This document shows, in pieces, positions 19,699-29,101 of a stretch of DNA of 64,000 nucleotides. Source of the DNA: an uncultured bacterium. GTDB taxonomy: Bacteria > SAR324 > NAC60-12. The notes below the pieces were generated by a model that saw nothing but the letters and a program-made list of their open reading frames with translations, did no database searches and had not been told where the DNA came from. Made by a program: the position numbers and the translations under genes. The stretch is from contig CBFIJD010000013.1 in NCBI GenBank assembly GCA_965662845.1, positions 1-64,000 of the forward strand. The letters are read 5' to 3'. Every line of letters begins with the position of its first letter. Position 1 is the first letter of the stretch.

Positions 19699-20351
19699 GA
19701 AACAACAGCTCCGGTAACCCTAATGAAAATCTGGACTCGCTGGTTGATATTGTCTCTAACAGCGTCGGGATCTTGGTCATTCTAGCCGTGTTCACGGCGC
19801 TGTTGAGCATCACAGAGGCACCTCCAGAAGCGCCTGAGAGTGCCGCTCCCGAAGAAGAGCTGCTCAGCATCGAAAAGAAGCGCTTGCCTTGGTCGCCGCC
19901 TTCTCAAAAGAGCAGCTTGTTGTTTGTGCTCCAAGACAATCGGCTATTGTATCTCGATCGCATCGCCGTCTATCAGTCCCTCCAAGAAGAGATTGACCCC
20001 AGCGCCGATGTGTCCAGCATTGAAGTCCAACTTCCTGAGTTTCGAGCGGAGCTGAGCCCGCAGTCTACCCAAAATCACTGCCTGCAATTTTTTCCCGAAC
20101 AAGGAGCTGGTCAGTGGTGGGGCGAGGTCTCAGGATCCTCAGGGAAGCTCCCCCAACTTTTAGCCCAGCACTCGCCAAGCGAGACCTATCTGTTTTTCTG
20201 GGTCGACGGCGCCAGTTTTGAGTTGCTGCGAGACATTCGCGACTGGGCCTGGGATCAAAATTTTGACGTAGGCTGGAAACCCATCAACCCACAATCCAGT
20301 CTGCGTTACTGCACAGGTTTGAATCGCTCGCTCAGCTTCCGACCGCAATAA
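19695..20351 (+). CDS. Hypothetical single-pass membrane protein (ExbD/TolR-like N-terminus)
   Basis: NLDSLVDIVSNSVGILVILAVF TM segment with Asp; soluble C-terminal domain ending in DVGWKP. Confidence 0.6.
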   Translation: MRNNSSGNPNENLDSLVDIVSNSVGILVILAVFTALLSITEAPPEAPESAAPEEELLSIEKKRLPWSPPSQKSSLLFVLQDNRLLYLDRIAVYQSLQEEIDPSADVSSIEVQLPEFRAELSPQSTQNHCLQFFPEQGAGQWWGEVSGSSGKLPQLLAQHSPSETYLFFWVDGASFELLRDIRDWAWDQNFDVGWKPINPQSSLRYCTGLNRSLSFRPQ

Positions 20352-20371
20352 CTGTTTCCTAAGGATCTGCC

Positions 20372-22579
20372 GTGCTCGCAACCGCTACTCCGATGACTCC
20401 TGCCGATCACCCGACCTCAGAGCCTGCCATCTCGGCAATTGCGCCCGAGCATCTGCGTCTCATTTGGGACATGAAAGACCAGATTCGTGGCTATGTGCGA
20501 AAACACGGTCAGCAGACAGAAGTCGAGTTGTTGGAGCACGCGTTTGAAGACATCGAGCTCCATCACGCCAATCAAGTTCGCCGCTCCGGTCAGCCTGTCG
20601 TCATTCACCCGCTGCGAGTTGCGCTCTCGATTTGTGACATGGGACTCGACGCGCCGACGGTTGTGGCCTCGCTGCTGCACGACTCTATCGAAGACACCAG
20701 CATCACTCGCGCCTACATCGCGGAACGCTACGGCGAGTGGTACGCGGAGATTGTCGACGGCCTCACCAAGATCAAACATCCTCCTGACTCCGGTAAGAAA
20801 GGCGCCGACCTCGAAGCCACCTACCAAAAAATGCTCATCGCGATGGTGCGCGACATTCGGTCGCTGTTCATCAAGCTGTTCGACCGCTTAGACAACATGA
20901 AAGACATGGAGTCGATGCCGCGTCACAAACAGCGGCGCATCAGCCGCGAGACGCTCAACGTCTATGTGCCCATGGCGCGCCGCTTTGGTCTGGAAGAGCT
21001 CAGCCAAGAGCATACCGAACTCTGCTTTCGCTATCTCTATCCCAAGCGCTACGCTCGCACCTTAGACCAACTCCGGCGGCTCCGTGAAAAGCAATCGGAG
21101 GCCGTACAGCACATCCGCGAACGAATCCAGCAGATGCTTGCACAACCACAGCTAGAGCAAGCGCTCGTCGAAGAGGTCTGGACGCACCCAGCCTCTTACG
21201 TCCATCGCTCTGAATCGGTCGATCACATTCTAGAGGGCTTTCGTATCATCGTGCAGGAGCCGCTGCAGAGTTATCTGGTCCTCGGAGCGTTGCACATGCA
21301 CGGCAGCGCGGTCCCCCTCAAGATCCGTGACTTCATCAGCAACCCACTCTGGGACGGCTACCAAGGACTCCAGACGCAGGTCATTATCGAAGGTGAACCG
21401 ATCTCGTTTGAGATTGTCTCGCAGCAGATGCGGGAGACCAACGAGCACGGCATCATGGCGTTTTGGAAAGGGACTCCGGGCGAACTCTCCGAATATTATC
21501 GAGCCTGCCTCAAGCAGCTGGATTTGGTCGCCGAGTCGAAAGAGCTACGCATGGCGGATGTGATGCGCTATGTGCAGTCCGACCAGATTCAGGTGTTCAC
21601 TCCGCGCGGAGATGTCATCACCCTGCCCGTCGGCGCCACGATTTTAGACTTTGCCTATCACATCCACACCGACCTCGGGAACCACTGTGTGGGCGGATTA
21701 GTGAACGCGCCGCGCGCGGCGGATCCCGATCAAGCGAGCCACCGCTGGGTTCCTCGAGAGCGAAAGCTGCAACATGGCGAGTCTGTGCGGATTGTCACGC
21801 AGAAAGACCTGCAACCAGAACGCAATTGGCTTGAACAGTCCGTCACCGCGCGCAGCCACCTGAACATTCGCCGTCAGCTGCGACAACAGAATGGACAAAA
21901 AGCCACCAAAGTTGGAATGGAATACCTCCGGCGTGAGCTACTCCGGTTCCAGTTGCAGGCAGAAAGTTGGTTGCAACAGGAAAATGTGCAGCGCGCCTTT
22001 GAACAAGAGCGCCTCACCGCAGAGCGGTTCCTCGAAGAACTTGGACTGCAAAAGCGTGATCTCCGGGGTTTCCTCAAAAACCACCAACTCATCCCGATTG
22101 ATTCTCTGCCACGCATCGCTCGCTTCCGCACGTGGTTCCGCACCAAAAGCGTCCCGACATTTCGAGTGGAAGATGAGCACGACACGATGATTCATCTCTG
22201 CGAATGTTGTCACCCCATCCCAGGCGATCGCACGGTTGGCATTCCAAACGACCAAAAAGAAATCGAAATTCACCGCCCTCTCTGCCCGGAGCTTCCTGTT
22301 CGCAAAGGGACTCCCCCCATGATTGTGCATTGGCGACTTCCTGAAGGACGCCTGCGCTCGTACAAACTATGCCTCACGACGGTAGAAGATCGAGGGATCC
22401 TCTTTCAAATCACACGAGTCATCAAAGATGCTGGCGTCGCGATCCTAGATTCCAAAAGTCACCAGCGCACCGCCACCACAGCTTATATAGAAGTGACGCT
22501 TGAGCCGATCTCATGGCGCGTGTTTCATCGCATTGTCGAACGCTTGCGCGCGATGAAATTTGTGAAGCAGGTGTGGTGA
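20372..22579 (+). CDS. Long RelA/SpoT homologue (HD, degenerate SYNTH, TGS, ZFD, ACT)
   Basis: QVRRSGQP..IHP, LLHDSIEDT, IKLFDRLDNM; TGS VFTPRGD...DFAYHIHT; CECCHPIPGD; C-terminal ACT. Confidence 0.92.
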   Translation: MLATATPMTPADHPTSEPAISAIAPEHLRLIWDMKDQIRGYVRKHGQQTEVELLEHAFEDIELHHANQVRRSGQPVVIHPLRVALSICDMGLDAPTVVASLLHDSIEDTSITRAYIAERYGEWYAEIVDGLTKIKHPPDSGKKGADLEATYQKMLIAMVRDIRSLFIKLFDRLDNMKDMESMPRHKQRRISRETLNVYVPMARRFGLEELSQEHTELCFRYLYPKRYARTLDQLRRLREKQSEAVQHIRERIQQMLAQPQLEQALVEEVWTHPASYVHRSESVDHILEGFRIIVQEPLQSYLVLGALHMHGSAVPLKIRDFISNPLWDGYQGLQTQVIIEGEPISFEIVSQQMRETNEHGIMAFWKGTPGELSEYYRACLKQLDLVAESKELRMADVMRYVQSDQIQVFTPRGDVITLPVGATILDFAYHIHTDLGNHCVGGLVNAPRAADPDQASHRWVPRERKLQHGESVRIVTQKDLQPERNWLEQSVTARSHLNIRRQLRQQNGQKATKVGMEYLRRELLRFQLQAESWLQQENVQRAFEQERLTAERFLEELGLQKRDLRGFLKNHQLIPIDSLPRIARFRTWFRTKSVPTFRVEDEHDTMIHLCECCHPIPGDRTVGIPNDQKEIEIHRPLCPELPVRKGTPPMIVHWRLPEGRLRSYKLCLTTVEDRGILFQITRVIKDAGVAILDSKSHQRTATTAYIEVTLEPISWRVFHRIVERLRAMKFVKQVW

Positions 22580-23202
22580 TGCCCAACGACACGTTGCTGA
22601 TCGGGCTCACAGGGGGAATCGCCGTCGGGAAAAGTACCGTCGCGGACTATCTGCGCCGTTCAGGCTATCCCGTGATTGACGCAGATCGCCTAGGACATCG
22701 CGTGCTCGAAAAAGGACACGCCGCCTACACACCCGTCATTGAAACTTTCGGGCAAGGTGTGTTGGATGAACAAGGCAACATTGATCGCAAAAAACTCGGA
22801 GCGATTGTGTTTCAAGATCCCACCGCCAGGCAACAGCTCAACCAAATCACACACCCGCTCATCGGAGAATTGATCGAGTCGCGGCTCACAGAATTGGCTG
22901 AACATAGCGCTCCTGGGGCCCCAATATTTTTAGAAACTGCGCTCCTCATTGAGTCCCGCTGGCTAGAACGATGTGCCCAAGTTTGGGTCGTGTTAGCCTT
23001 CGAGACAGAGATTGTGGCTCGTCTGCAAGATCGCAACGGCCTAGAGGAGTCTCAGGCGCGCGCGCGGATGAATTCGCAAATGCGTCCAGAAGATCGCTTG
23101 CCTCATGCACAGGTTGTGTTGCAAAATTCTGGTTCTCTCGCCGACCTTTACCGGCAGGTGGAAGCAGCCCTGAACCAACTCCACACTACAAAACGCTCAT
23201 GA
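22579..23202 (+). CDS. coaE: Dephospho-CoA kinase
   Basis: IGLTGGIAVGKST, IDAD, IDRKKLG..VF, LN.ITHP. Confidence 0.96.
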   Translation: MPNDTLLIGLTGGIAVGKSTVADYLRRSGYPVIDADRLGHRVLEKGHAAYTPVIETFGQGVLDEQGNIDRKKLGAIVFQDPTARQQLNQITHPLIGELIESRLTELAEHSAPGAPIFLETALLIESRWLERCAQVWVVLAFETEIVARLQDRNGLEESQARARMNSQMRPEDRLPHAQVVLQNSGSLADLYRQVEAALNQLHTTKRS

Positions 23203-24179
23203 AACCCGCACTACACCTTATCATCGACGATCGTGACGCACACTTGCGTCTGTTTTGGCGACGGCACGGTCTCAAAATCTTGGAGCAGTTGGTGCCGTCC
23301 GAGCTTTCTTTTCTCAGAGCCCATGTTTCGCTAGAGCAAGAGCTGCGGCGGGCTCTACCACGTTCAGACGCCCGCCTCATCTTGCTCGGCAGTCCTGCGA
23401 TGTTGGGACGGGCGTTCAACACGCTCATGCAACTGCATGAAGAGCGTCCACACCAACGAGAAGTCGGCTTCTGGGAGCTGCGCAAAAGAGAGGCTTATCT
23501 CTCGCTTTTTCAGTCCTCCGAACGCTTTCGCCCCTTGTTGCACACCTTCCGCAACGGACACTCCGTTCCCGTCAATGTGATCAAAGCGCGCTACACCAAC
23601 ACGCATGAGCAACTCGCGACCGCCTATTTTTGGAATGAGCTGCATGTCTATGCTGCGGGGAACCCCTCGCACTCTATGCTCTCGATGGGTGAAGAGGAGT
23701 GGACACACGAAGGGAAAGTTCGCTACCGGCTCACGCTGCATCATGAACCGCTGCACTCGTGGCGCATCAACCACAGCAACCTCTTGAAAGCCAACTATTT
23801 GCAGGCTTATGCCTCCGCAGCAGCGTCCCCGCGCACAGGATCATCTAAGCCGCGCCGCCAAAACGCTCGTGAGTTCTGGCTCAGCAAAGGCGAAACCTTG
23901 CAGCTCCGAGGAAACTTCTTGCGCATGTCGGAGCCCAACGCGGGCTGGCTAGCCGACACGCAACAGCTGCAGTTAGAAGTGTTGCCCCGCTGCATGCACC
24001 TGCTGATTCCAATGATGCCCGTGCGCACTGCAGAACCCGCTCGTCGGGGAACGCTGCTAGACTTCAAGCCTCGCAAACTCGTAGCAGTCAACCGTCAAAA
24101 ACCTGCGCAAGACACGCATCAACAGTCTAGCAACGAGCCGCTCGACAATTTCTTCGCCGACGATAGCAATCAACCATGA
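23199..24179 (+). CDS. Hypothetical protein, possibly a degenerate DAGK/YegS fold
   Basis: ATGA-coupled to both coaE and pfaD. Weak resemblance to the DAGK layout (LILLGSPAMLGRAFNTL..EVGFW; LQLEVLP..MHLLIP). Confidence 0.6.
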   Translation: MKPALHLIIDDRDAHLRLFWRRHGLKILEQLVPSELSFLRAHVSLEQELRRALPRSDARLILLGSPAMLGRAFNTLMQLHEERPHQREVGFWELRKREAYLSLFQSSERFRPLLHTFRNGHSVPVNVIKARYTNTHEQLATAYFWNELHVYAAGNPSHSMLSMGEEEWTHEGKVRYRLTLHHEPLHSWRINHSNLLKANYLQAYASAAASPRTGSSKPRRQNAREFWLSKGETLQLRGNFLRMSEPNAGWLADTQQLQLEVLPRCMHLLIPMMPVRTAEPARRGTLLDFKPRKLVAVNRQKPAQDTHQQSSNEPLDNFFADDSNQP

Positions 24180-25786
24180 ACCACCTCTCTCATTCTGCTG
24201 ACCGCCTGCCATCTTTGGGGGAACTCGCGGTTCCCTCAGCTCAACTTTTGACATCCACCACACAAATTCAGCAGCAGCTGCACCATCTAGCACAGCCGCT
24301 GTATTGGCTCCGCTCTGCCGATGGAATTGTCGCTTGGCCTCTTCAAGACAGCCGAGGCGGGGACCTGAGCACGCTGCCCCTGCTAGGCGTCTTGCCGGCT
24401 CTGGAACCTAAGCACTTAGGCGACCCGAGCTTTGGCGCTGCCCATGGGGTGCGCTATGCCTATTACGCCGGCGCGATGGCCAATGGCATCGCCTCTGAAC
24501 AGCTCGTGATCGCGCTCGGGCAGCGTCAAATTCTCGCTTCTTTTGGGGCTGCGGGGCTACTTCCAAGCCGCATTGAGAGTGCAATCCAGCGTTTGCAGCA
24601 AGAGCTTCCCAATGGCAACTTCGCTTGTAATTTAATTCACAGCCCCAGCGAAGAGGCCCTCGAACAGAGCGCGGTTGAACTGTATCTGCGCTATGGAGTG
24701 CGTTGTTTGGAAGCCAGCGCTTTTTTGGATTTGACGCCACACATCGTCCGCTACCGCGTCGCAGGATTCGCACAAACGGCCCAAGGCGTTGTCGCGCAAA
24801 ACCGTGTCATTGCGAAGGTTTCCCGCACCGAAGTTGCTCGTCGCTTCCTCACTCCAGCTCCCGAAAAGTACCTCAAGGTCTGCGTGGAGAAGGGCTGGAT
24901 CACCGCAGAACAAGCGCAATGGGCCCAGCACGTCCCCATGGCCGATGATGTCACCGTGGAAGCCGACTCAGGAGGACACACGGACAATCGCCCCCTCGTG
25001 ACCCTGCTCCCGACCCTCTTGGCCCTGCGAGATGAAATCCAGAGAGGTCAAGCGTATGTCACCCGCATTGGCGCTGGAGGAGGTTTGGGGACACCAGAGG
25101 CGGTGCAAGCCGCTTTTGCCATGGGCGCGGCCTATGTGGTGACAGGCTCCGTCAACCAAGCCTGCTATGAAGCCGGCGCGTCTGAACACACTCGCAAGTT
25201 GCTCGCTCAAGCCGAGATGGCCGATGTCACCATGGCTCCTGCTGCCGATATGTTTGAGATGGGCGTACAACTTCAGGTCTTGAAGCGGGGAACCATGTTC
25301 CCAATGCGCGCGCGCAAACTCTTTGAACTGTATCGCGCCCACGAGTCCATCGAAGAGATTCCGCAAGACGAACGCGTCAAAATGGAAGCACAAATCTTTC
25401 GTCAGCCGCTGGAAAAAGTGTGGGAACAAACGGAGGCGTTTTTTCTGGAGCGCGACCCACATCAAGTCGAACGAGCGCACAACCACCCAAAACGAAAGAT
25501 GGCGCTGATTTTCCGTTGGTATTTGGGGCTGTCGTCTCGCTGGTCGAATGTTGGCGAGCCGGGGCGGGAAGCCGACTATCAAATTTGGTGCGGCCCGGCG
25601 ATGGGCGCCTTCAACGCGTGGACGAAAGACACTTACCTCGCAGACCCGACTCGGCGCTCTGTTGTCGACGTGGCTGAACATCTGATGCACGGAGCCGCAT
25701 ATCTGCAACGTTTGCAGCACTTGCAGGCGCTAGGCTTTCAAATGCCTGCCCACTGTCGGCAGTATGTCCCGCGACCTTTGCGTTAA
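24176..25786 (+). CDS. pfaD: PfaD-family FMN-dependent enoyl reductase (PUFA/polyketide biosynthesis)
   Basis: LGDPSF, YYAGAMANGIAS, NLIHSP, EASAF, EADSGGHTDNRP, MAPAADMFEMG, QIWCGPAMGAFN. Confidence 0.95.
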   Translation: MNHLSHSADRLPSLGELAVPSAQLLTSTTQIQQQLHHLAQPLYWLRSADGIVAWPLQDSRGGDLSTLPLLGVLPALEPKHLGDPSFGAAHGVRYAYYAGAMANGIASEQLVIALGQRQILASFGAAGLLPSRIESAIQRLQQELPNGNFACNLIHSPSEEALEQSAVELYLRYGVRCLEASAFLDLTPHIVRYRVAGFAQTAQGVVAQNRVIAKVSRTEVARRFLTPAPEKYLKVCVEKGWITAEQAQWAQHVPMADDVTVEADSGGHTDNRPLVTLLPTLLALRDEIQRGQAYVTRIGAGGGLGTPEAVQAAFAMGAAYVVTGSVNQACYEAGASEHTRKLLAQAEMADVTMAPAADMFEMGVQLQVLKRGTMFPMRARKLFELYRAHESIEEIPQDERVKMEAQIFRQPLEKVWEQTEAFFLERDPHQVERAHNHPKRKMALIFRWYLGLSSRWSNVGEPGREADYQIWCGPAMGAFNAWTKDTYLADPTRRSVVDVAEHLMHGAAYLQRLQHLQALGFQMPAHCRQYVPRPLR

Positions 25787-25802
25787 GTCCGTTGCCGCTT
25801 CG

Positions 25803-25831
25803 TTGCAACTCTCTGCAACTTCACTTATAGT
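25803..25831 (+). promoter_or_regulatory. sigma70-type promoter of gspG
   Basis: TTGCAA-17 nt-TATAGT. Confidence 0.65.
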
Positions 25832-25879
25832 TCGCATCTTTCGCCCTCAACTCATCAACCTTTTTTCTCCAATCGTTCC

Positions 25880-26341
25880 ATGCTCCGTCGCCATACCCTC
25901 CGCCTTTCTTCACGTTCCGGTTCTCGCCGCAAAAATGGTTTTAGTTTCATCGAAGTGATGGTGGTCATCATCATCTTGGGGCTCCTCTCGGGGATCGTAG
26001 GGGTCTATCTCTTTGACTCTGCCGCCCAAGCGACCGTTGACGCCACTAAAACACAAATCAAAGGCGTGGAAACAGCGCTTGATCTCTATCGCTTGCACAA
26101 TGGACGCTATCCGACGACCGAACAAAAGCTGGATGCTCTCTTGAATAAGCCTGAAGTGGGCGTCATCCCAAACAACTGGAACGGCCCCTATCTGCGCAGC
26201 AAGAGCTTGCCAACGGACGGGTGGGACAACGCCTTTGTCTATACAAGCGATGGGAATGATTATGAGATCATCTCCCTCGGCGCAGACGGAATGGAAGGTG
26301 GAGCTGAGCTTGATGCAGACATCTCCTCCAACGAACTCTAA
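25880..26341 (+). CDS. gspG: Type II secretion major pseudopilin GspG
   Basis: GFSFIEVMVV prepilin motif, ALDLYRL.NG.YPTTEQ.L.AL, W.GPYL, D.W...Y, SLGADG..GG...ADI. Confidence 0.95.
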   Translation: MLRRHTLRLSSRSGSRRKNGFSFIEVMVVIIILGLLSGIVGVYLFDSAAQATVDATKTQIKGVETALDLYRLHNGRYPTTEQKLDALLNKPEVGVIPNNWNGPYLRSKSLPTDGWDNAFVYTSDGNDYEIISLGADGMEGGAELDADISSNEL

Positions 26342-26861
26342 GCGCCCTCGCGGATTTTCCCTGCTAGAGCTGACGGTCGCTTCCATCTTGTTGGCAGTGA
26401 TGCTCGGCCTAGCGGTCCCTCAGTTTGGTTCCCTCTTCACAGCCGCTCCAGAGACCGAGTTCAAACGCCTCGCACGTCTGATCAAAAGTCTGCGCACCGA
26501 CGCGATTTTGCAGAACCGACAATATGTTGTGGTGTTCGATCGTCTGCAGCAGCAAGTGCGTATCGAAGAAGAGCAAAACGGCGAGCGGATTGTGTTTGAT
26601 GAAGACGCACGGGATCGGATGCTGCGACCTCACCCTCTGCCTGCCGGTTGGGAAATCGCAGATATCCAATTTTCTGAAACCGACAACAGTGACCTCTCTG
26701 TGCCGCCAGAAAAAGCCGAGATTTACATCAACAATTCTGGGTTTGTAACGCCCTTCCGCTTCCAGTTTCATCGTCGCGACGAACCCGATCAGGTCTGGGA
26801 AATTGCTACCAAAGGCATTTTGGGACAGCTCGAACTCCGCTCCCCCACAAACGAAGTATGA
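26313..26861 (+). CDS. Minor pseudopilin, GspH-like
   Basis: RGFSLLEL prepilin motif; position after gspG. Confidence 0.8.
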   Translation: MQTSPPTNSKRPRGFSLLELTVASILLAVMLGLAVPQFGSLFTAAPETEFKRLARLIKSLRTDAILQNRQYVVVFDRLQQQVRIEEEQNGERIVFDEDARDRMLRPHPLPAGWEIADIQFSETDNSDLSVPPEKAEIYINNSGFVTPFRFQFHRRDEPDQVWEIATKGILGQLELRSPTNEV

Positions 26862-27238
26862 AACGACGCGGCTTCACCGTCCTTGAAGTGCTCGTGGCGA
26901 TGTCAATTCTGATCGTCACCCTCATCGCGATCTATCAATCCTTCTCCACGTCGCTCTTCATTTTGAACTCTACCCAAAATCTTTGGAAAGCCATCACTCA
27001 CTCCCAGAACGAACTTCTGCGCTGGGAACGCCGCATCTCAGCGCCCGTCTCTCTGGCACAAGGGGAGTTTGAAGAAGAAGACCAACGCATGTTTGGCTTT
27101 GCGTGGGAACGCGAGATTGAAGATACGGAACCCCTGCCCGGCATTGTGATTCGTCGCATCTACTATCGCTTACTCTGGCAAGAAGGAAACTCGGAGTACA
27201 CGTACGACGCCGAACTTTACGTCAAACCCACCCAATGA
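26858..27238 (+). CDS. Minor pseudopilin, GspI-like
   Basis: RGFTVLEVLVAM; size and gene order. Confidence 0.82.
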   Translation: MKRRGFTVLEVLVAMSILIVTLIAIYQSFSTSLFILNSTQNLWKAITHSQNELLRWERRISAPVSLAQGEFEEEDQRMFGFAWEREIEDTEPLPGIVIRRIYYRLLWQEGNSEYTYDAELYVKPTQ

Positions 27239-28011
27239 GGTGCCCGCCGCTTTTGTCTCGCCTCCGCTCTGGCTTCTCCTTGTTAGAGCTGTTGGTATCG
27301 CTCGCCATTCTGGGGCTGCTTGTCACTTTGCTGTACGGCGGATTTTCCCAAATTTCGCGCTATTCTCTCGATGTGCAGCAGTCGCTCTCCGCACGACAAG
27401 AGCTCCGATTATTGATGAAAATGGTGCTCGACGATTTGCAGTCTGTCCAATACTTCGAGAAGCTCATCGCTTTGAACGGGGACGCAAACGATGGGGTCTC
27501 TACGTTTGAGACGGGAATCAAGGCGACCTTGCTCGATGGCCCAGATGGCCCAGAGACCGCCACGTCTATGCACTTTCACATCGCCCGCTCAGCGAGTTTT
27601 TTTCCGGAGTGGCGTGAGCAAGACCCTGGGATTCATGAGGTTGGCTATCGCCTGAAAATGAATGACGAGAATGGAAGCTGGGAGCTACTGCGGCGGGAAG
27701 ATTTTTATGTGGATACAGCGCTGGACGAAGGTGGGCGAGAGTATGTGCTCACCGATCGGGTGAGGGTCTTTGAGGTGGAGTTTTTGGAGCAGGAGATTCA
27801 GCTGGCCGATGGAGGCACTCAAGAGAACTGGGTGCGTTATTGGGACACAGAGGAGGGAGACTGTGCCTCTTCGGATCGTCAGAATTCGTTTTGCTTACCG
27901 AGAGCGTTACGCTTGCGGATGGTTGTTGAGAGGGAGGACGGACGCTTGTTGGAAGATGTCATGGCCATCAACCTTTGTGTGCGTCCGTGTAAACCAGAGG
28001 TCTTTGAGTAG
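27235..28011 (+). CDS. Minor pseudopilin, GspJ-like
   Basis: GFSLLELLVSLAI, EVGY.L....LLRRE, LPRAL. Confidence 0.82.
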   Translation: MRCPPLLSRLRSGFSLLELLVSLAILGLLVTLLYGGFSQISRYSLDVQQSLSARQELRLLMKMVLDDLQSVQYFEKLIALNGDANDGVSTFETGIKATLLDGPDGPETATSMHFHIARSASFFPEWREQDPGIHEVGYRLKMNDENGSWELLRREDFYVDTALDEGGREYVLTDRVRVFEVEFLEQEIQLADGGTQENWVRYWDTEEGDCASSDRQNSFCLPRALRLRMVVEREDGRLLEDVMAINLCVRPCKPEVFE

Positions 28012-28012
28012 G

Positions 28013-29101
28013 TCAATTCAAGGAGCGATGCTGGTCGAGATAGCTTTGAATTGCCTGTAGGATCAAATCCGTTTTGCTCACTCCCATCTTGTCGCAGAGG
28101 ATCTCCACTTCTTGCAACATTTCGTCTGAGATGCGAAAGCCCATTCGAGTGCGCAGCGGCTTGTCGTGTTTTAGGGGACGCCCACGGCGTCGGGGTTCAT
28201 CTTCGTCTTCATTGTTTACGATTGGTGCGCTCAAGCTGCTAGGGCGCAGCTCAACGGTGAACGGGTTTGTCTTTACGTCGTTAAGAGACTCTCTCTTATT
28301 TGTCGTCTGAATAGCTTCCATAGATTCCTCGTCGGCTAGCGATTGCGTTGGAAGCGACGGTTCCTGCTCCAATGCAGGTCCGGTCGCGACCGGTTCTTCC
28401 TGATTGTGTTCCTCCCCTACCTCCGGCGTGTCTTGCGTAAGAGCGACCGCTGCGGATTCATCTGAAGACTCAGACTCTCTCACAGGGTCGTTTCCGCGCA
28501 CAGCTGCCAGAATCGACTGAAAGATGGAACCGGAAGACGCTGCCTGATGAGAAAAAGAGGCATGTTGACTCGTTGGAGTCAACGACTCCTGAGAGTCGGC
28601 GTCAACGTCGCCGGTTTCGATGATAGAAGTTGTGTTTAACGTTTCTTCCTCTTCGGCAGCGGAAGATTCGTCGCTGTTTTCGGATGGGCGAGACTTGCTG
28701 ACCGCTTCGGTCAGTCGCGCGTTTTCCTCAACGATTGAGGACGCTGTGTGGTCGGTGGAAATACTTTCCACGAACTCTTCGGGTGCCGCAATTTCTGCGG
28801 GGGTTTCCGATTCTAACGTGATTTCTTTTGCATCTGCCAGACCAACGTCTGAAGTTGCGTCAGGCTCTGGTTGAGGAGGGCTCGTTTGTGTCGCGACAAA
28901 GGCTTCGATTTCAGCGTCAGCGCTGGGGTTGAATCGCCGGAAGCCGTCTAGGGAAACGACCCGAATTCCTACTTCGGTGTTCTTCCATTCGCTAATGAAC
29001 GCTCGCTGCTCGTCTCGATCTTCGGTCTCCAGAAAGGCATGGATGCGGTAAGCGGGCTTTCCTTCCTCATCGATCCTTGAATAAGCTACGTAGCGGTGCA
29101 T
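28013..29101 (-). CDS. Protein with a long acidic low-complexity region and a C-terminal ribbon-helix-helix domain
   Basis: C-terminus RRRGRPLKHDKPLRTRMGFRISDEMLQEVEILCDKMGVSKTDLILQAIQSYL. Start could be ATG 29101 or TTG 29194. Confidence 0.75.
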   Translation of the reverse strand: MHRYVAYSRIDEEGKPAYRIHAFLETEDRDEQRAFISEWKNTEVGIRVVSLDGFRRFNPSADAEIEAFVATQTSPPQPEPDATSDVGLADAKEITLESETPAEIAAPEEFVESISTDHTASSIVEENARLTEAVSKSRPSENSDESSAAEEEETLNTTSIIETGDVDADSQESLTPTSQHASFSHQAASSGSIFQSILAAVRGNDPVRESESSDESAAVALTQDTPEVGEEHNQEEPVATGPALEQEPSLPTQSLADEESMEAIQTTNKRESLNDVKTNPFTVELRPSSLSAPIVNNEDEDEPRRRGRPLKHDKPLRTRMGFRISDEMLQEVEILCDKMGVSKTDLILQAIQSYLDQHRSLN

